A stretch of DNA of 64,000 bases from an uncultured Dehalococcoidia bacterium (GCA_964587385.1 CAZPLA010000011.1:1030-65029); one strand, 5' to 3'; positions 48,684 to 59,708 are shown, numbered from the stretch's first letter. Notes: generated by a model from the sequence alone, not told the origin. Numbers and translations are program-made.

Positions 48684-49547
48684 CTACTTATTAACACTAG
48701 ATGTCACTTTACTTCTTATGTCCTTAAGTATATCAATGTTTATTTTATCAGGTCCATTACGTTCAAAACCGGGGACCTCAAGAAAGAATGGAATTTGTTT
48801 AAAAGCTTCATTGCTCATTATAACCTCAAATCCCTCAATTCCAATGTGCCCATGCCCAATGTTCTCATGCCTATCCACTCCTGCTCCTAATGGATATTTA
48901 GAATCATTCGCATGAACTGCTACTAGTCTATCCAAACCCACTGCTTGATCAAACTCTTCTAGCGTATGAGTTAAGCCTAGCGGAGTACTAACATCATAGC
49001 CTGCAGCAAAAGAATGTTGTGTATCCAAACAAACTTTTACCCTAGAACTACCGACCATATGAATAATTCTTCCCAGTTCTTCAAACTTAGAACCTATTTG
49101 TTGACCCATTCCAGCGGTATTTTCTAACACCAAGAAAGGTCCTTCAGGTGAGTGTTCCAGAACTTCAATAATACTAGACGCCGTCTGTTTAAGAATAGAT
49201 TCATAACCGGCTCCCTTATGACTGCCTGGATGAAAAATTATACCTTGGGCATTGGTTTCAGCAGCTAGTTCCATGTAATTAATTAACGATTGTATTGCAT
49301 TCTGCACATTAGATGGATTCGGGTTGCCTAAATTAATAAGGTAAATACAATGGAAAAAAACCGGCGAGATTTCAGCCTCGTCAACCTTAATTTTAAAAGC
49401 ATCAATATCTTGCTTTGGAATAGGTTTGAAGGCCCAACTTTGTGGCGAAGAACCGAAAATTTGTATAGCCTCAGATCCTATTTCAACAGCCCGACCCACA
49501 GAATTTTGTATGCCTCCAGCAATGGAAACATGAGCTCCAATTTTCAT
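48684..49547 (-). CDS. nfo: Endonuclease IV
   Basis: MKIGAHVSIAGG, HPGSH, LENTAG, CLDTQH and HANDSK. I prefer the internal ATG at aa 15 of the tracked ORF. Confidence 0.9.
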   Translation of the reverse strand: MKIGAHVSIAGGIQNSVGRAVEIGSEAIQIFGSSPQSWAFKPIPKQDIDAFKIKVDEAEISPVFFHCIYLINLGNPNPSNVQNAIQSLINYMELAAETNAQGIIFHPGSHKGAGYESILKQTASSIIEVLEHSPEGPFLVLENTAGMGQQIGSKFEELGRIIHMVGSSRVKVCLDTQHSFAAGYDVSTPLGLTHTLEEFDQAVGLDRLVAVHANDSKYPLGAGVDRHENIGHGHIGIEGFEVIMSNEAFKQIPFFLEVPGFERNGPDKINIDILKDIRSKVTSSVNK

Positions 49548-49691
49548 ACCTACCCTATCTCCAAATACACTAAAACTTATTATCAACAAAGAGTGTAATT
49601 CATAGCAACTATTAACTATGAATTAAAATAAGTCACCCACATTTAAAAATGTAAAGCCATGGTATTAGCAGAGCATTCCTGTGTTAGGGTA

Positions 49692-50603
49692 TCAAGAACG
49701 TAACCAACGAAGTTTCAGAAATCTGCCGACTTCTCCTCGCTCCCACATTACCAATAGTTGTGAAGCTATAAATATTGAACTGTAAGTCCCTGCTGCTATT
49801 CCAATTATTAAAACTAAGAGGAACTCTCGTAGAGTGGAACCGCCAATCAATATAAGTGCTGTTATAGCAAAACAAGTTGTTAAACTAGTGCCAAGTGAAC
49901 GGCCAATACTCTCCATTATTCCAATATTCACAGACTGAGCTAGAGGACGGTCAATATTTCGTGCTATGTTTTCTCGAATTCTATCAAACAGAACGATAGT
50001 ATCATTAACGCTATATCCTACCACCGCAAGTAACCCGACTATAAACATTGCATTAACCTCGAGGTCAATCACCTTGCCCAAAATGGAAAAGATTCCCATG
50101 ATAATTAGGACATCATGCACCAAAGCAAATAAAGCGGAAACGCCATAACGAAACGAATTAGGAATATGCCTGAATGCCCATGTAATGTAAGCTAGAATCC
50201 CGACCGCAGCCAACATAACTGCAATAACCGCATTCCTAACGGTTTCCCCCGCTACCTCAGCTGAAACTGTTTCAACTTTAGAAAAGGAACTCACCTTTGC
50301 TACGGAAGCATCCAATTCCGTTTCTATAGACCCTCTTTCTCCATCTTGTAGTTCTTTGGTGCGAACGAAAACACTATCAGAAGCAAATTTTTGTATTCTA
50401 GCGTCAGAATGCCCAACAACCACAAGAGCTTTTCTAACTTCTTCCTCGCTGATTTCATTTTCAAATATAACTTCAAAAGCAGAGCCGCTCGAAAAATCTA
50501 TTCCAGGGCTAAAAGCAGGTGGAATTAGCAGGGAAATTATTCCCGGAATTATTATTATGGATGAAAGGAGCATGTACCAACCCCTTTTGCTAACAATATC
50601 CAA
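49692..50603 (-). CDS. secF: Protein translocase subunit SecF
   Basis: 303 aa with 6 TM segments, immediately downstream of secD. Contains GYSVNDTIVLFDRIRE. Confidence 0.9.
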   Translation of the reverse strand: MDIVSKRGWYMLLSSIIIIPGIISLLIPPAFSPGIDFSSGSAFEVIFENEISEEEVRKALVVVGHSDARIQKFASDSVFVRTKELQDGERGSIETELDASVAKVSSFSKVETVSAEVAGETVRNAVIAVMLAAVGILAYITWAFRHIPNSFRYGVSALFALVHDVLIIMGIFSILGKVIDLEVNAMFIVGLLAVVGYSVNDTIVLFDRIRENIARNIDRPLAQSVNIGIMESIGRSLGTSLTTCFAITALILIGGSTLREFLLVLIIGIAAGTYSSIFIASQLLVMWERGEVGRFLKLRWLRS

Positions 50604-50605
50604 GA

Positions 50606-53302
50606 CTACATACCTCCCCTGTCCACATTAGATGAAGCTCTTCTACCCTCCGGAGTAAACATTCCACTTCCACGACTTCCCCAAGCAAAAGCAACAAGAT
50701 GCAATAAAGTCCGACTTACATTGAGCGCGGTAAACATACTCAATCCTACTCCTAAGAATAAAACAATGGCGAATCCAGTAATACGTGGCTCTCCTAACTC
50801 CCGTCCAAAATAAAACAATATTCCGCAAGTTATAAATGTGGAAATATTACTATCTCTAATTGCCGTCCATGAACGACGAAATCCTATATCTATTGACGAC
50901 ATTAAACTTCTACCAGTTCTTAACTCTTCTTTGAGTCGCTCAAATATGAGAATATTAGCATCGACTGCCATACCTATGGATAAGATAAGCCCAGCCAGTC
51001 CAGACATAGTTAAAGTTACAGGAAGCATTTTAAACAATGCTAACAATATCGCTGCATAAATCATTAGCGAACTAGCGGCAATTAAGCCTGGGATACGATA
51101 GTAAGCTATCATAAATAAAAGTATTAACCCTAAACCAACCAGTCCCGCTTTTAGACTTGCCTTAAGAGATTCATTTCCTAGCAACGAGTCCACCGTGCTC
51201 TCTCTCACCAAATCAAGCGACACAGGAAGACTTCCAGATTCCAGTTGTATGGACAGGGTTCGAGCGCTATCAAATGTAATATTATCTCCCTCTATATATC
51301 CAGCACCTCCGATTATTGCCTGGCGCGCTATCGGACAAATAATAGTCTCTCCGTCTAATATATAAGCGATACATTTAGCATTATTTCCTGCTATTCCAGC
51401 AGTCAATTCCCTAAAAATTCTTGTGCCTGTATTATCAAACACAAAGTTAACTATAGGTAAACCAGTCGTAGGATGAGTGCTAGGGTACGCACTACTAAGA
51501 TTACTGCCGGTTAAAGATTCTCCGCTACGTCCAACCGACTCCCTGTCAGAAAACTGAGAACAATCTGAGTTAAGGCACGTTCGTTCCTTGATAACTAGTT
51601 GTGCAGTTTGGCCAATGAGGGCCTTAGCTTCTTCAACCCCGCCACTCAGTTCAAAGGATTGAACCGCATGTACATTAAAGGCTAATTTAGATTTTAGTTC
51701 TCCCTGTTCATCAGCTCTTAAGCTTGGAATACGAATTCGGAAACTACTGCCAAGAGGCTGTGTATATGACACATCATCATATCCCAAATCACCCATCACT
51801 GATTTAATTTTATCAAGATCTACTGATTCTAAATAAACCGTCCTAATTCGCCCAGTTGAAGGATTGAAGCTGTATTCTCGCAACTCGCCTACCAAGTCCC
51901 CTAGCCCAACACGAATTTCTTCGGATGAATCTTCAGATAATCCAGGAATGTCCATAAGGACTCCATTAACTACCGGTTGATCATTCAAACGAACAATCTT
52001 GGCTTGATCTAGCCCTATCGTACTTAATCCTTCCTGAAGTTGAACCTCTGCCACACTATCTTGAAATACTACCTCTATATTCGTGTCACCAGCTCCAGGC
52101 ATCTGTACTAAAACTCGGTCCTCTCCAAATCTCTGGATAACCGGTTCTGTTATTCCAAATGCGTCTACTCGTCTTTGAATGGTATCAACCACTCCATCCA
52201 TACGCTCTGGAGTAGGCTCTTCTCTTTGAATTTGAATTTGCCCAACTGTCCCAAGTATTTGAGTTAGTTCAGTTTCAAGGGTTAGAGATTTTTCATCTGT
52301 TATAGATGGTATATCAATCCCATAACCAGTAGCCCTAGACTCAGTAACTATGGATTCAGGGTGCCCTAGATAAACAAGAACCGTTTCAACTTCTGTTTGT
52401 TCTTCACTTTCAGCAAACACTAAATCCATGAGAGCTGTATCCACATTCATAGCTTCTACAGCTTGTATTCCCACGATTTCTCCTTGGACATCATTCTCCA
52501 GCTGAGAGTGTTCCGAAGCGTCTACCATCTTAATAATCGCTACGATATTATTTCCCCCATGAGAAATCACAGTTGACCCTTTATAATCCAGCGAATCTAA
52601 TACATCTCGTACTATTCCTTCATCAGGGAAACCTTCAAAAAATATAAGAGACTGTACTTCATCACTGTCATCTTCCGAAGCCAAGAATAAATCATCTAAC
52701 TTATATAGTTCTCCAAGGGCATTCTCTAGATCAGTTTCCGCGTCCTGATCAAGGTAAGGCATTCCTTTAACAGTAAATATTTGCTCCTGTAAACTTGCTA
52801 CCTCAACTCCCTTATAACCTAAGTTCGTCAAAACTGCTTCTACAGTTTCAACATTCGGCAAATCAACAACTTTCAATTGTAGTCGCGTACGATATTCATT
52901 TTTATGTCCGTAATCGACTAATTCCCCCAATTCAGATTCAAGACCTTCGATAAAACTATCAATCTCAGCAGGTTTTAAACCAGGAACACTGATAGAAAAT
53001 TCCTTTTGATCAAACAAACTAATATTAAGTGTATCGAAACCAATTCCTTTAAATGCTTCTCTTATATCTGATTCAGAATGGGATTCCCCAAAAGTAATAT
53101 CTATATTTACCGGGCGTTCTGCCTGATAAATAAGATGCGTGCCTCCCCTCAAATCAAGACCTAAAACTAAACCAAGGGGCCCATCTCCCCCTCTATCGAA
53201 AGACTCACCAGGTAGATCGATATCCTGATAACTAAGTATCATCACTGAGCTAATAACTAAAGCAACTATAAACAACAAATTTCTAAGGTTTTTTCTACGC
53301 AC
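50606..53302 (-). CDS. secD: Protein translocase subunit SecD, expanded to 898 aa by six repeats of a ~70-aa periplasmic module
   Basis: Canonical blocks are present: GLDLRGGTHLIYQ, IQRRVDAFGITEPVIQRFGEDRVLVQMPGAGD, AKALIGQTAQLVIKE and a C-terminal 6-TM region with GMAVDANILIFERLKEE. Long inserts separate them. Confidence 0.85.
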   Translation of the reverse strand: MRRKNLRNLLFIVALVISSVMILSYQDIDLPGESFDRGGDGPLGLVLGLDLRGGTHLIYQAERPVNIDITFGESHSESDIREAFKGIGFDTLNISLFDQKEFSISVPGLKPAEIDSFIEGLESELGELVDYGHKNEYRTRLQLKVVDLPNVETVEAVLTNLGYKGVEVASLQEQIFTVKGMPYLDQDAETDLENALGELYKLDDLFLASEDDSDEVQSLIFFEGFPDEGIVRDVLDSLDYKGSTVISHGGNNIVAIIKMVDASEHSQLENDVQGEIVGIQAVEAMNVDTALMDLVFAESEEQTEVETVLVYLGHPESIVTESRATGYGIDIPSITDEKSLTLETELTQILGTVGQIQIQREEPTPERMDGVVDTIQRRVDAFGITEPVIQRFGEDRVLVQMPGAGDTNIEVVFQDSVAEVQLQEGLSTIGLDQAKIVRLNDQPVVNGVLMDIPGLSEDSSEEIRVGLGDLVGELREYSFNPSTGRIRTVYLESVDLDKIKSVMGDLGYDDVSYTQPLGSSFRIRIPSLRADEQGELKSKLAFNVHAVQSFELSGGVEEAKALIGQTAQLVIKERTCLNSDCSQFSDRESVGRSGESLTGSNLSSAYPSTHPTTGLPIVNFVFDNTGTRIFRELTAGIAGNNAKCIAYILDGETIICPIARQAIIGGAGYIEGDNITFDSARTLSIQLESGSLPVSLDLVRESTVDSLLGNESLKASLKAGLVGLGLILLFMIAYYRIPGLIAASSLMIYAAILLALFKMLPVTLTMSGLAGLILSIGMAVDANILIFERLKEELRTGRSLMSSIDIGFRRSWTAIRDSNISTFITCGILFYFGRELGEPRITGFAIVLFLGVGLSMFTALNVSRTLLHLVAFAWGSRGSGMFTPEGRRASSNVDRGGM

Positions 53303-54758
53303 TACAGTTTGCTTCCCCCTCTACAGTTAACTTTGCCTTTGCCCATTCTAATGCTTCTCGTTTGTTTGCCATACGATTAACGGCATTAGCTTCAGCTATC
53401 TCAGACAATAACAATCCCAACTTAGGACCTGGTTTTACATCTAGGTATTTCATTAAATCATTCCCACTAACTAATCTTCTGATTGGACGATCAATATTCG
53501 ATAATCTAAGCTCCCTTAATGAACCTAATACATTATTTACTAAGTTAACCTTCTTTTGCCAATCTAACAAGTTTATCATAGGACCCTTAGCAGCCATATA
53601 ATCAGCTAAACTAAGGAATAGTACAGCTATCGCTAATTCCTCTAAATCTCTAGAAAATCTGTAGATAGCTCTACTAGAAGGAATATTCCCAGGTTCTGAC
53701 AATTGTGAAGGCCTAAGATGATGCTTTATCATAAGACAAATTGCAGCCGTTCCCTTCCCTCCAACATGCATAAACCGCAACCATTCTTCCATAATTTCAG
53801 ATCCCTTTTTCTCATGTCCCCAAAAATGCATTCCATTATTATCTATGGTTTTAGTGTGAGGCTTAGCAATATCATGAGTCAACGCCGCTAATTTTAAGAA
53901 AGTACGCATGCTATGTCCATCTGAAATAGTCTGTTCGAAATATGATTCGGTATCTTGGTCGTATTCCAACTCACTTAAAAAGATATCTTCCTTAATCCCA
54001 GAAGTGACTCTTTCTACTGCTTCAACTGCATTAATTGAATGATCAAAAACATCCCAATAATGGGCTTTGGGCTGAGAAACCTTACGGCATGCATCTAAAT
54101 CTGGTATCACTCGACTTAGCAATCCCAATCTATCTAACAATCTTAAGCCGTCCGCAGCTCCGTCCCCAGCGATTATCTGCATGAACTCCTCTCTAATACG
54201 TTCTGATGATACATCAGAAACCTTTGAAGAATCATGTAATATAGCACGCTCAGTCTGAGTTTCTATTGCAAATCCACATTTCCGGGCTATACGAACTGCT
54301 CTGAGCAACCTTAGTGGGTCGTCAGTGAATACATTACGAGAAATCATTTTTACATGATTTCCTTGTAAATCATGAAGTCCATTGTATGGATCTACTAAAT
54401 AATTACACCATTCGTCACTAACAGATTTATCTAGATTTAAAGCCATCGCATTTATCGAAAAATCCCTGCCTGATAGGTACTCCTCAATTGAATTACTAAA
54501 ACACGCCAGATCAACTACTTTACCGCTTGGTCGAGTCACTATCCTAACAATGCCTCGAGATTTATCTAGCGTGATTAAAGTTCCATTTAATCTATTTGCC
54601 AATTCCTTTCCCAATTCTATAGGATCGGACATAGCTACCAAATCAAAATCCTGAACCTCAATTCCCAATAAATTATCCCGTAAATAACCCCCCACAATGT
54701 AGGCAGGTATCGAACGAGATGCGAAAAATTCTTTTAAACTGTAGATGATTTCATTCAT
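53295..54758 (-). CDS. cca: CCA-adding tRNA nucleotidyltransferase with HD domain
   Basis: VGGYLRDNLLG..QDFDLV head domain, RLLRAVR and HDIAKP. Confidence 0.85.
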   Translation of the reverse strand: MNEIIYSLKEFFASRSIPAYIVGGYLRDNLLGIEVQDFDLVAMSDPIELGKELANRLNGTLITLDKSRGIVRIVTRPSGKVVDLACFSNSIEEYLSGRDFSINAMALNLDKSVSDEWCNYLVDPYNGLHDLQGNHVKMISRNVFTDDPLRLLRAVRIARKCGFAIETQTERAILHDSSKVSDVSSERIREEFMQIIAGDGAADGLRLLDRLGLLSRVIPDLDACRKVSQPKAHYWDVFDHSINAVEAVERVTSGIKEDIFLSELEYDQDTESYFEQTISDGHSMRTFLKLAALTHDIAKPHTKTIDNNGMHFWGHEKKGSEIMEEWLRFMHVGGKGTAAICLMIKHHLRPSQLSEPGNIPSSRAIYRFSRDLEELAIAVLFLSLADYMAAKGPMINLLDWQKKVNLVNNVLGSLRELRLSNIDRPIRRLVSGNDLMKYLDVKPGPKLGLLLSEIAEANAVNRMANKREALEWAKAKLTVEGEANCSA

Positions 54759-54821
54759 AGGGAAAACCTATTGTTGAGGGAGTTGCAAAATGGGAAAATG
54801 GAGTACCCTGATCAATCACGA

Positions 54822-55355
54822 TTATTCTCGAATATCAGGCATTTCTGCCATATACGAAGCTTCGGAGGACTCATCACGTTTGTAATCAATCTTATACAAT
54901 TGCTCCCTACTAACAAGTCTCTCAATGTAAAGTATTCCATTCAAATGATCGGTCTCATGTTCCAATACTTCTGCCAGCAAGCCACCTTCTGCTTTAATTC
55001 GAAATGATTTCCCATCAGCCCCCAAAGCTTTCACATGCACTCGCTCTGACCGCTTAACTCTTCCTGTATAGCCAGGAATACTCAAGCATCCTTCATCCTC
55101 TTCACGTTCTCCCTCTCTCAAAAGGACTTCTGGATTAATAAGTACAGTGGGTTCCTCATCTTCAGGGAGTTGGATAACCGCAACCCTTAAGGGTACTCCT
55201 ATCTGATTAGCCGCCAGTCCAACTCCATTTTCAACGTGCATAGTCTCAATCATATCCCGAATTAGCCTATGGATGCTAGCATCTATGTGCTTCACTCGCT
55301 GAGTTTTTTGAGTCAAGGTAGGGTGCGGAGCGTAAATGAGAGGACGGACAGTCAC
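54822..55355 (-). CDS. def: Peptide deformylase
   Basis: Contains GVGLAANQIG, EGCLSIPG and HETDHLNG. Confidence 0.95.
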   Translation of the reverse strand: MTVRPLIYAPHPTLTQKTQRVKHIDASIHRLIRDMIETMHVENGVGLAANQIGVPLRVAVIQLPEDEEPTVLINPEVLLREGEREEDEGCLSIPGYTGRVKRSERVHVKALGADGKSFRIKAEGGLLAEVLEHETDHLNGILYIERLVSREQLYKIDYKRDESSEASYMAEMPDIRE

Positions 55356-55441
55356 AAGTGATCCCCTTTCACAAAAGATCGTGACGATTATATCTTTCTT
55401 ATAGATAGGTGTAAAGACAACTGCATCTACTTTTGTTAGGT

Positions 55442-57886
55442 CTATAAAACACTAACCGGATCAACATCTATAGACCACCCCTTAGAGATTTTCAATCCTT
55501 CAACAAGATTAGCGATGTCATATCCACGCAGAATAATGTGCCACCTATATTTACCCCTAATTCTATAAATATGGGCAGGCGCTGGCCCAATTACACTTAT
55601 TTCTCCATCCCTATGTCCTATAGCAAGTTTCCTAATTTGTTTGGTTAAATTCTGAGCTTCTTCTTTACACACATCCTCATTAAAATGACTATAAGTCAAA
55701 TGCACCAATCTCCCAAACGGCGGATTGCCCTGTTGTCTACGATATTCAATCTCCGTTTCAAAAATAGCTCTATAATCCTGATTCGCACCTGCTAAAACCG
55801 CGTAGTTTTTAGGATTGTAAGTTTGAATTATCACATTTCCCGGCACATCCCCTCTTCCCGCCCTACCTGATACTTGGCAAAGCAGTTGAAATGTGCGTTC
55901 TCCAGCCCGGAAATCTGGTAAGTGTAATCCTACATCAGCTAAAATGACTCCTACCAAGCTCACATTTGGCAAATGTAAACCCTTAGACACTACCTGGGTG
56001 CCTACCAATACCTGTGATTTACCCCTAAAAAATGATTCCATGATAGCATTGTGTCCTCCCGCCTCGACTACAGAATCACTATCCCATCGACTAACCGAAA
56101 CCCCAGGCATTATTTTCTTGATTTCCTCTTCTACTTTCTGAGTTCCCTGCCCTAAGTATTTAATCCTTGGGCTCTCGCATCCAGGACATATCGTTACCGA
56201 GTTATATCTCAAATTACACTGGTGGCATAATAACCCTCTGATCTTATGATAAGTCAAAGTTACAGCGCACCGTTTGCACCTTAGAACCATTCCACAATCA
56301 CGACACTGTACAACGCTGGCACTCCCTCTCCGATTCAGAAACAATATGGCCTGTTCGTCGTTCAATATGCATTTTTTTAAACCAGCACTTAAAGCACGGC
56401 TGAATATGCTTCTATTGCCAGAAATTAATTCCTCACGCATATCGGCTATTTTAACCTTTGGAAGACTCAAAATGCGTGGAATAGTACTATTAACATTACT
56501 ACTAGCTGCAACACGGTATGGCAAATTAAATAGCTTATGTTTGCCTTTTAGGGCCTCAAAATAGGTTACTATATCTGGAGTAGCACTACCCATTACCACA
56601 CATATTTTCACCATACGGGCTAATTCAACAGCAACTTCACGCACATGATAACGTGGTTGGCGTTCTTGCTCCTTATACGTCCATTCATGTTCCTCATCAA
56701 TAATCACAAGACCTAAATTCGGCATCGGACTAAATAGGGCACTCCGCGGACCGATCACTACTTTGAATTCGCCTCGTCGTATTGCCCACCATTGGTCAAG
56801 TTGGTTTTTTATTGACATACCACTATGTATAAGAGCCACCTGATTAGGAAATCTCATATTGATTCGTTCCATAGTTTGCGGAGTCAATGATATCTCTGGT
56901 ACCAAGAAAATCGCTCTACGGTTCAGTCGAATACAGTCATCCAGTGCCCTAAGGTATACTTCTGTCTTACCACTACCGGTGATCCCGTGAATTAATATTG
57001 TCCTTGGCGTTTTATCATCCGAAATTAATTTGGCTCTAATATGGTCAACAACAGACTTTTGTTCTAAAGTCAATTCAAGCGGCTGGTCATGAACAATTGT
57101 AGAAGTTGTTGATGCGGAAGTAATTCTTTCCCATTTCTGAATTAATAAATCTTTTCCCAATAGCCCGTCAATCACTGAAGCCGAATACTTCCTTCTTGCT
57201 TCGCCTATAGGCACACCTCTAGGTTTCAATAACAAATCTTTAAGAAGAGCAGATTGTTTAAAAGCTCCTATGTTCGTCAAATGTGCGAGTTCTCTAACAC
57301 CTTTTACTGGCAATTTTGGCATTATTGAAACACGATAAGATGGAGAGGTTCTAGTTTGGGGGATAGTCCAATTTCTCTTAACAAATCCTTCGCTTATTAA
57401 TCTAGATACGGAATTATCCGCAACAGATCCCCAAGTTTTTTTGATTGTCTTTTCTTTAATCGAACCCTGAACTTTAATATATTCCAAAATTCCTTGGGCC
57501 ACCTTTGAAAGAGAATCGGTAGGACTATTATGAACAAGTGGCTCCAAATAGGCATCCATGTTGCTTCTAAAACCTGGAGGCAGCATTACAGAAATAGATT
57601 CAAATAATGAACACTGGTAGTGTCTACTCATCCAACGAGCTAAACGCAATCCACTAATGCCGATTAAAGGAGCAGGATCAACTACCGAAACAACAGATCG
57701 AATGGTTTTCAACTTAGATTCATCAGCTAACGAAAAAATTAGGCCTTGTACCAATCGTTGTCCGAGAGGAACCCATACCATCTGACCTGGCACAGCTCTA
57801 AACCTCTCAGAGACACTATAAGTCAAAGTTTTGTTGGGTCCTATTGGAGCATCAACAGCAACCTCAACATAATTCATGAAACACAC
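55442..57886 (-). CDS. priA: Primosomal protein N' (replication restart helicase)
   Basis: HGITGSGKTEVY, IIDEEHE and the Cys-rich CRDCG..CKRC...CHQC...CPGC insert. The start may be the ATG 9 nt downstream. Confidence 0.9.
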   Translation of the reverse strand: MCFMNYVEVAVDAPIGPNKTLTYSVSERFRAVPGQMVWVPLGQRLVQGLIFSLADESKLKTIRSVVSVVDPAPLIGISGLRLARWMSRHYQCSLFESISVMLPPGFRSNMDAYLEPLVHNSPTDSLSKVAQGILEYIKVQGSIKEKTIKKTWGSVADNSVSRLISEGFVKRNWTIPQTRTSPSYRVSIMPKLPVKGVRELAHLTNIGAFKQSALLKDLLLKPRGVPIGEARRKYSASVIDGLLGKDLLIQKWERITSASTTSTIVHDQPLELTLEQKSVVDHIRAKLISDDKTPRTILIHGITGSGKTEVYLRALDDCIRLNRRAIFLVPEISLTPQTMERINMRFPNQVALIHSGMSIKNQLDQWWAIRRGEFKVVIGPRSALFSPMPNLGLVIIDEEHEWTYKEQERQPRYHVREVAVELARMVKICVVMGSATPDIVTYFEALKGKHKLFNLPYRVAASSNVNSTIPRILSLPKVKIADMREELISGNRSIFSRALSAGLKKCILNDEQAILFLNRRGSASVVQCRDCGMVLRCKRCAVTLTYHKIRGLLCHQCNLRYNSVTICPGCESPRIKYLGQGTQKVEEEIKKIMPGVSVSRWDSDSVVEAGGHNAIMESFFRGKSQVLVGTQVVSKGLHLPNVSLVGVILADVGLHLPDFRAGERTFQLLCQVSGRAGRGDVPGNVIIQTYNPKNYAVLAGANQDYRAIFETEIEYRRQQGNPPFGRLVHLTYSHFNEDVCKEEAQNLTKQIRKLAIGHRDGEISVIGPAPAHIYRIRGKYRWHIILRGYDIANLVEGLKISKGWSIDVDPVSVL

Positions 57887-57967
57887 GCCTCATTACGCAA
57901 ATGCCCGAAACTTAAGTCAACATATCGATAATGACAACCGAATATAAGGATGAGGATCAGGTAAGTG

Positions 57968-58318
57968 CTATTTCGCCAAACGACCTTTTTCTTTTATCCT
58001 AGCTGCTTTACCGAATCTTCCTCTGAGGTAATACAAACGGGCACGCCGAACCTTTCCCCTTCTTATCACTTCCACTGATTCAACTCTGGGTGAGTAAAAT
58101 GGGAATGTGCGCTCTACCCCAATATCTGCAGTAACCCTGCGTACCGTAAAGTTCGAACCGGGCCCCGCTCCTCTTTTCTTTATCACCACGCCTTGAAAAG
58201 CTTGGATCCGTTCTCTTTCCCCTTCCCGCACCTTGTAATTAACCTTTACGGAATCGCCAGGACTAAATTCTTTAATCTTTGGATTGGCCAGTACATCGAC
58301 TAGCTGGTGAGCTTCCAT
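57968..58318 (-). CDS. rplS: 50S ribosomal protein L19
   Basis: [29 protein letters not shown]...[14 protein letters not shown]. Confidence 0.95.
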   Translation of the reverse strand: MEAHQLVDVLANPKIKEFSPGDSVKVNYKVREGERERIQAFQGVVIKKRGAGPGSNFTVRRVTADIGVERTFPFYSPRVESVEVIRRGKVRRARLYYLRGRFGKAARIKEKGRLAK

Positions 58319-58441
58319 TACCTATTCCTTATTTACATTTTTATAACTTATGCCTCTATTTTAGCTCCGAGTACAGCTTCTAAGCAATAGCCAAACCAAT
58401 ATTTTGATATTTATGCTTAATCACTCTAAAAATTTAGTGAA

Positions 58442-59224
58442 TCAAGAATAATTAGTAGCCTCATATCCTAAGGATCGTAAATATTCTCTATCGTCCTCCG
58501 TAATATCAGCTTTGGCTAAAAGATCGGGTCGATTACGTAGAGTACGGGCAAGAGATTGTCGCCTACGCCATTGCTCAATCTTCCCATGATTCCCGGAAAG
58601 AAGGACCTCTGGAACACTCCAGTCACGAAAAGTGTTAGACCGAGTGAATACAGGATGTTGAAGCAAACCAGAAGTTATTGAATCTCCCTCTATACTAGCT
58701 TCAGTGCCTACTACACCGGGTTTTAACCTGACCATAGCATCAGTTAATACCATAGCGGCTATCTCACCACCTGTCAGGACATAGTCGCCTATACTCACAT
58801 CGTCAGTAATCAAATGTTCTCTGACTCGCTCATCTACACCTTCATAATGCCCACAAATAATCACTATATTTGATTGCTTTGAGAATAACTTAACTGTTTT
58901 TTGATTCAACAATTTTCCCTGAGGGGATGTAAGAATCACCCGGGTGCTGGCCAACTCTAGTTGCGTTAGATCTGAAAGGATTCCCTCAACATTGTCGAAT
59001 ATCGGCTGAGGCATCATAACCATCCCAGGCCCTCCACCGAATTGATAATCATCCACAGAATTATGTCTATTAGATGTATATTTGCGTATATCGTGTATTT
59101 CTATATCAACAATCCCTGCATCAATGGCCCTCTGAACAATACTATGTTGGAAAGGCCCATCAAACATATTGGGGAATATGGTGAGAATATGAATGCGCAT
59201 TTTTGTATCAGATTCAATCGTCAA
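58442..59224 (-). CDS. trmD: tRNA (guanine37-N1)-methyltransferase
   Basis: ILTIFPNMF, GGGPGMVM and CGHYEGVDERV. An alternative start at 59200 (MRIHILT) is equally plausible. Confidence 0.95.
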   Translation of the reverse strand: MTIESDTKMRIHILTIFPNMFDGPFQHSIVQRAIDAGIVDIEIHDIRKYTSNRHNSVDDYQFGGGPGMVMMPQPIFDNVEGILSDLTQLELASTRVILTSPQGKLLNQKTVKLFSKQSNIVIICGHYEGVDERVREHLITDDVSIGDYVLTGGEIAAMVLTDAMVRLKPGVVGTEASIEGDSITSGLLQHPVFTRSNTFRDWSVPEVLLSGNHGKIEQWRRRQSLARTLRNRPDLLAKADITEDDREYLRSLGYEATNYS

Positions 59225-59225
59225 T

Positions 59226-59708
59226 CTAATGATGAGTTGTTTTACCCTTTAATATATCCAAGGCATGTGGCAATATTGGTTTTATCACTTGAAGACATTC
59301 ACCTACTCCTTTAGGATTCCCAGGTAAAGTTACAATCAATGATTTCCCTCTTATACCTACAACTGATCGGCTAAGAATCGAGAGTTGTGTTTTAGCAAAT
59401 GTTTCCATCCGCATAACTTCAGCCATTCCAGGAATTTCTTTGTCAATTACTGCCAGACACGCTTCAGGCGTAACATCCTCAGATGCTATACCGGTACCTC
59501 CTGTCGTTACAATCAGATCCAAACCGTCTTCATCACACCATTTTTTAAGACACTCTTCAATCAAAACTCTATCGTCTCGTACAATTTCATACTTCATCTC
59601 ACAATAGTGAGCGGGACTCAGCGTTTCTCGAATAACGTTGCCACTAGCATCTAATTCAGGGCAGTGCGCCCTGCTAGTGCTAACAGTAAGGATTCCTAAA
59701 GTAAACAT
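59226..59708 (-). CDS. mog: Molybdenum cofactor biosynthesis protein MogA/MoaB family
   Basis: TVSTSRA...DLIVTTGGTGIASEDVTPEA...LSRSVVGIRGKSLIVTLPGNPKG. Confidence 0.85.
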   Translation of the reverse strand: MFTLGILTVSTSRAHCPELDASGNVIRETLSPAHYCEMKYEIVRDDRVLIEECLKKWCDEDGLDLIVTTGGTGIASEDVTPEACLAVIDKEIPGMAEVMRMETFAKTQLSILSRSVVGIRGKSLIVTLPGNPKGVGECLQVIKPILPHALDILKGKTTHH

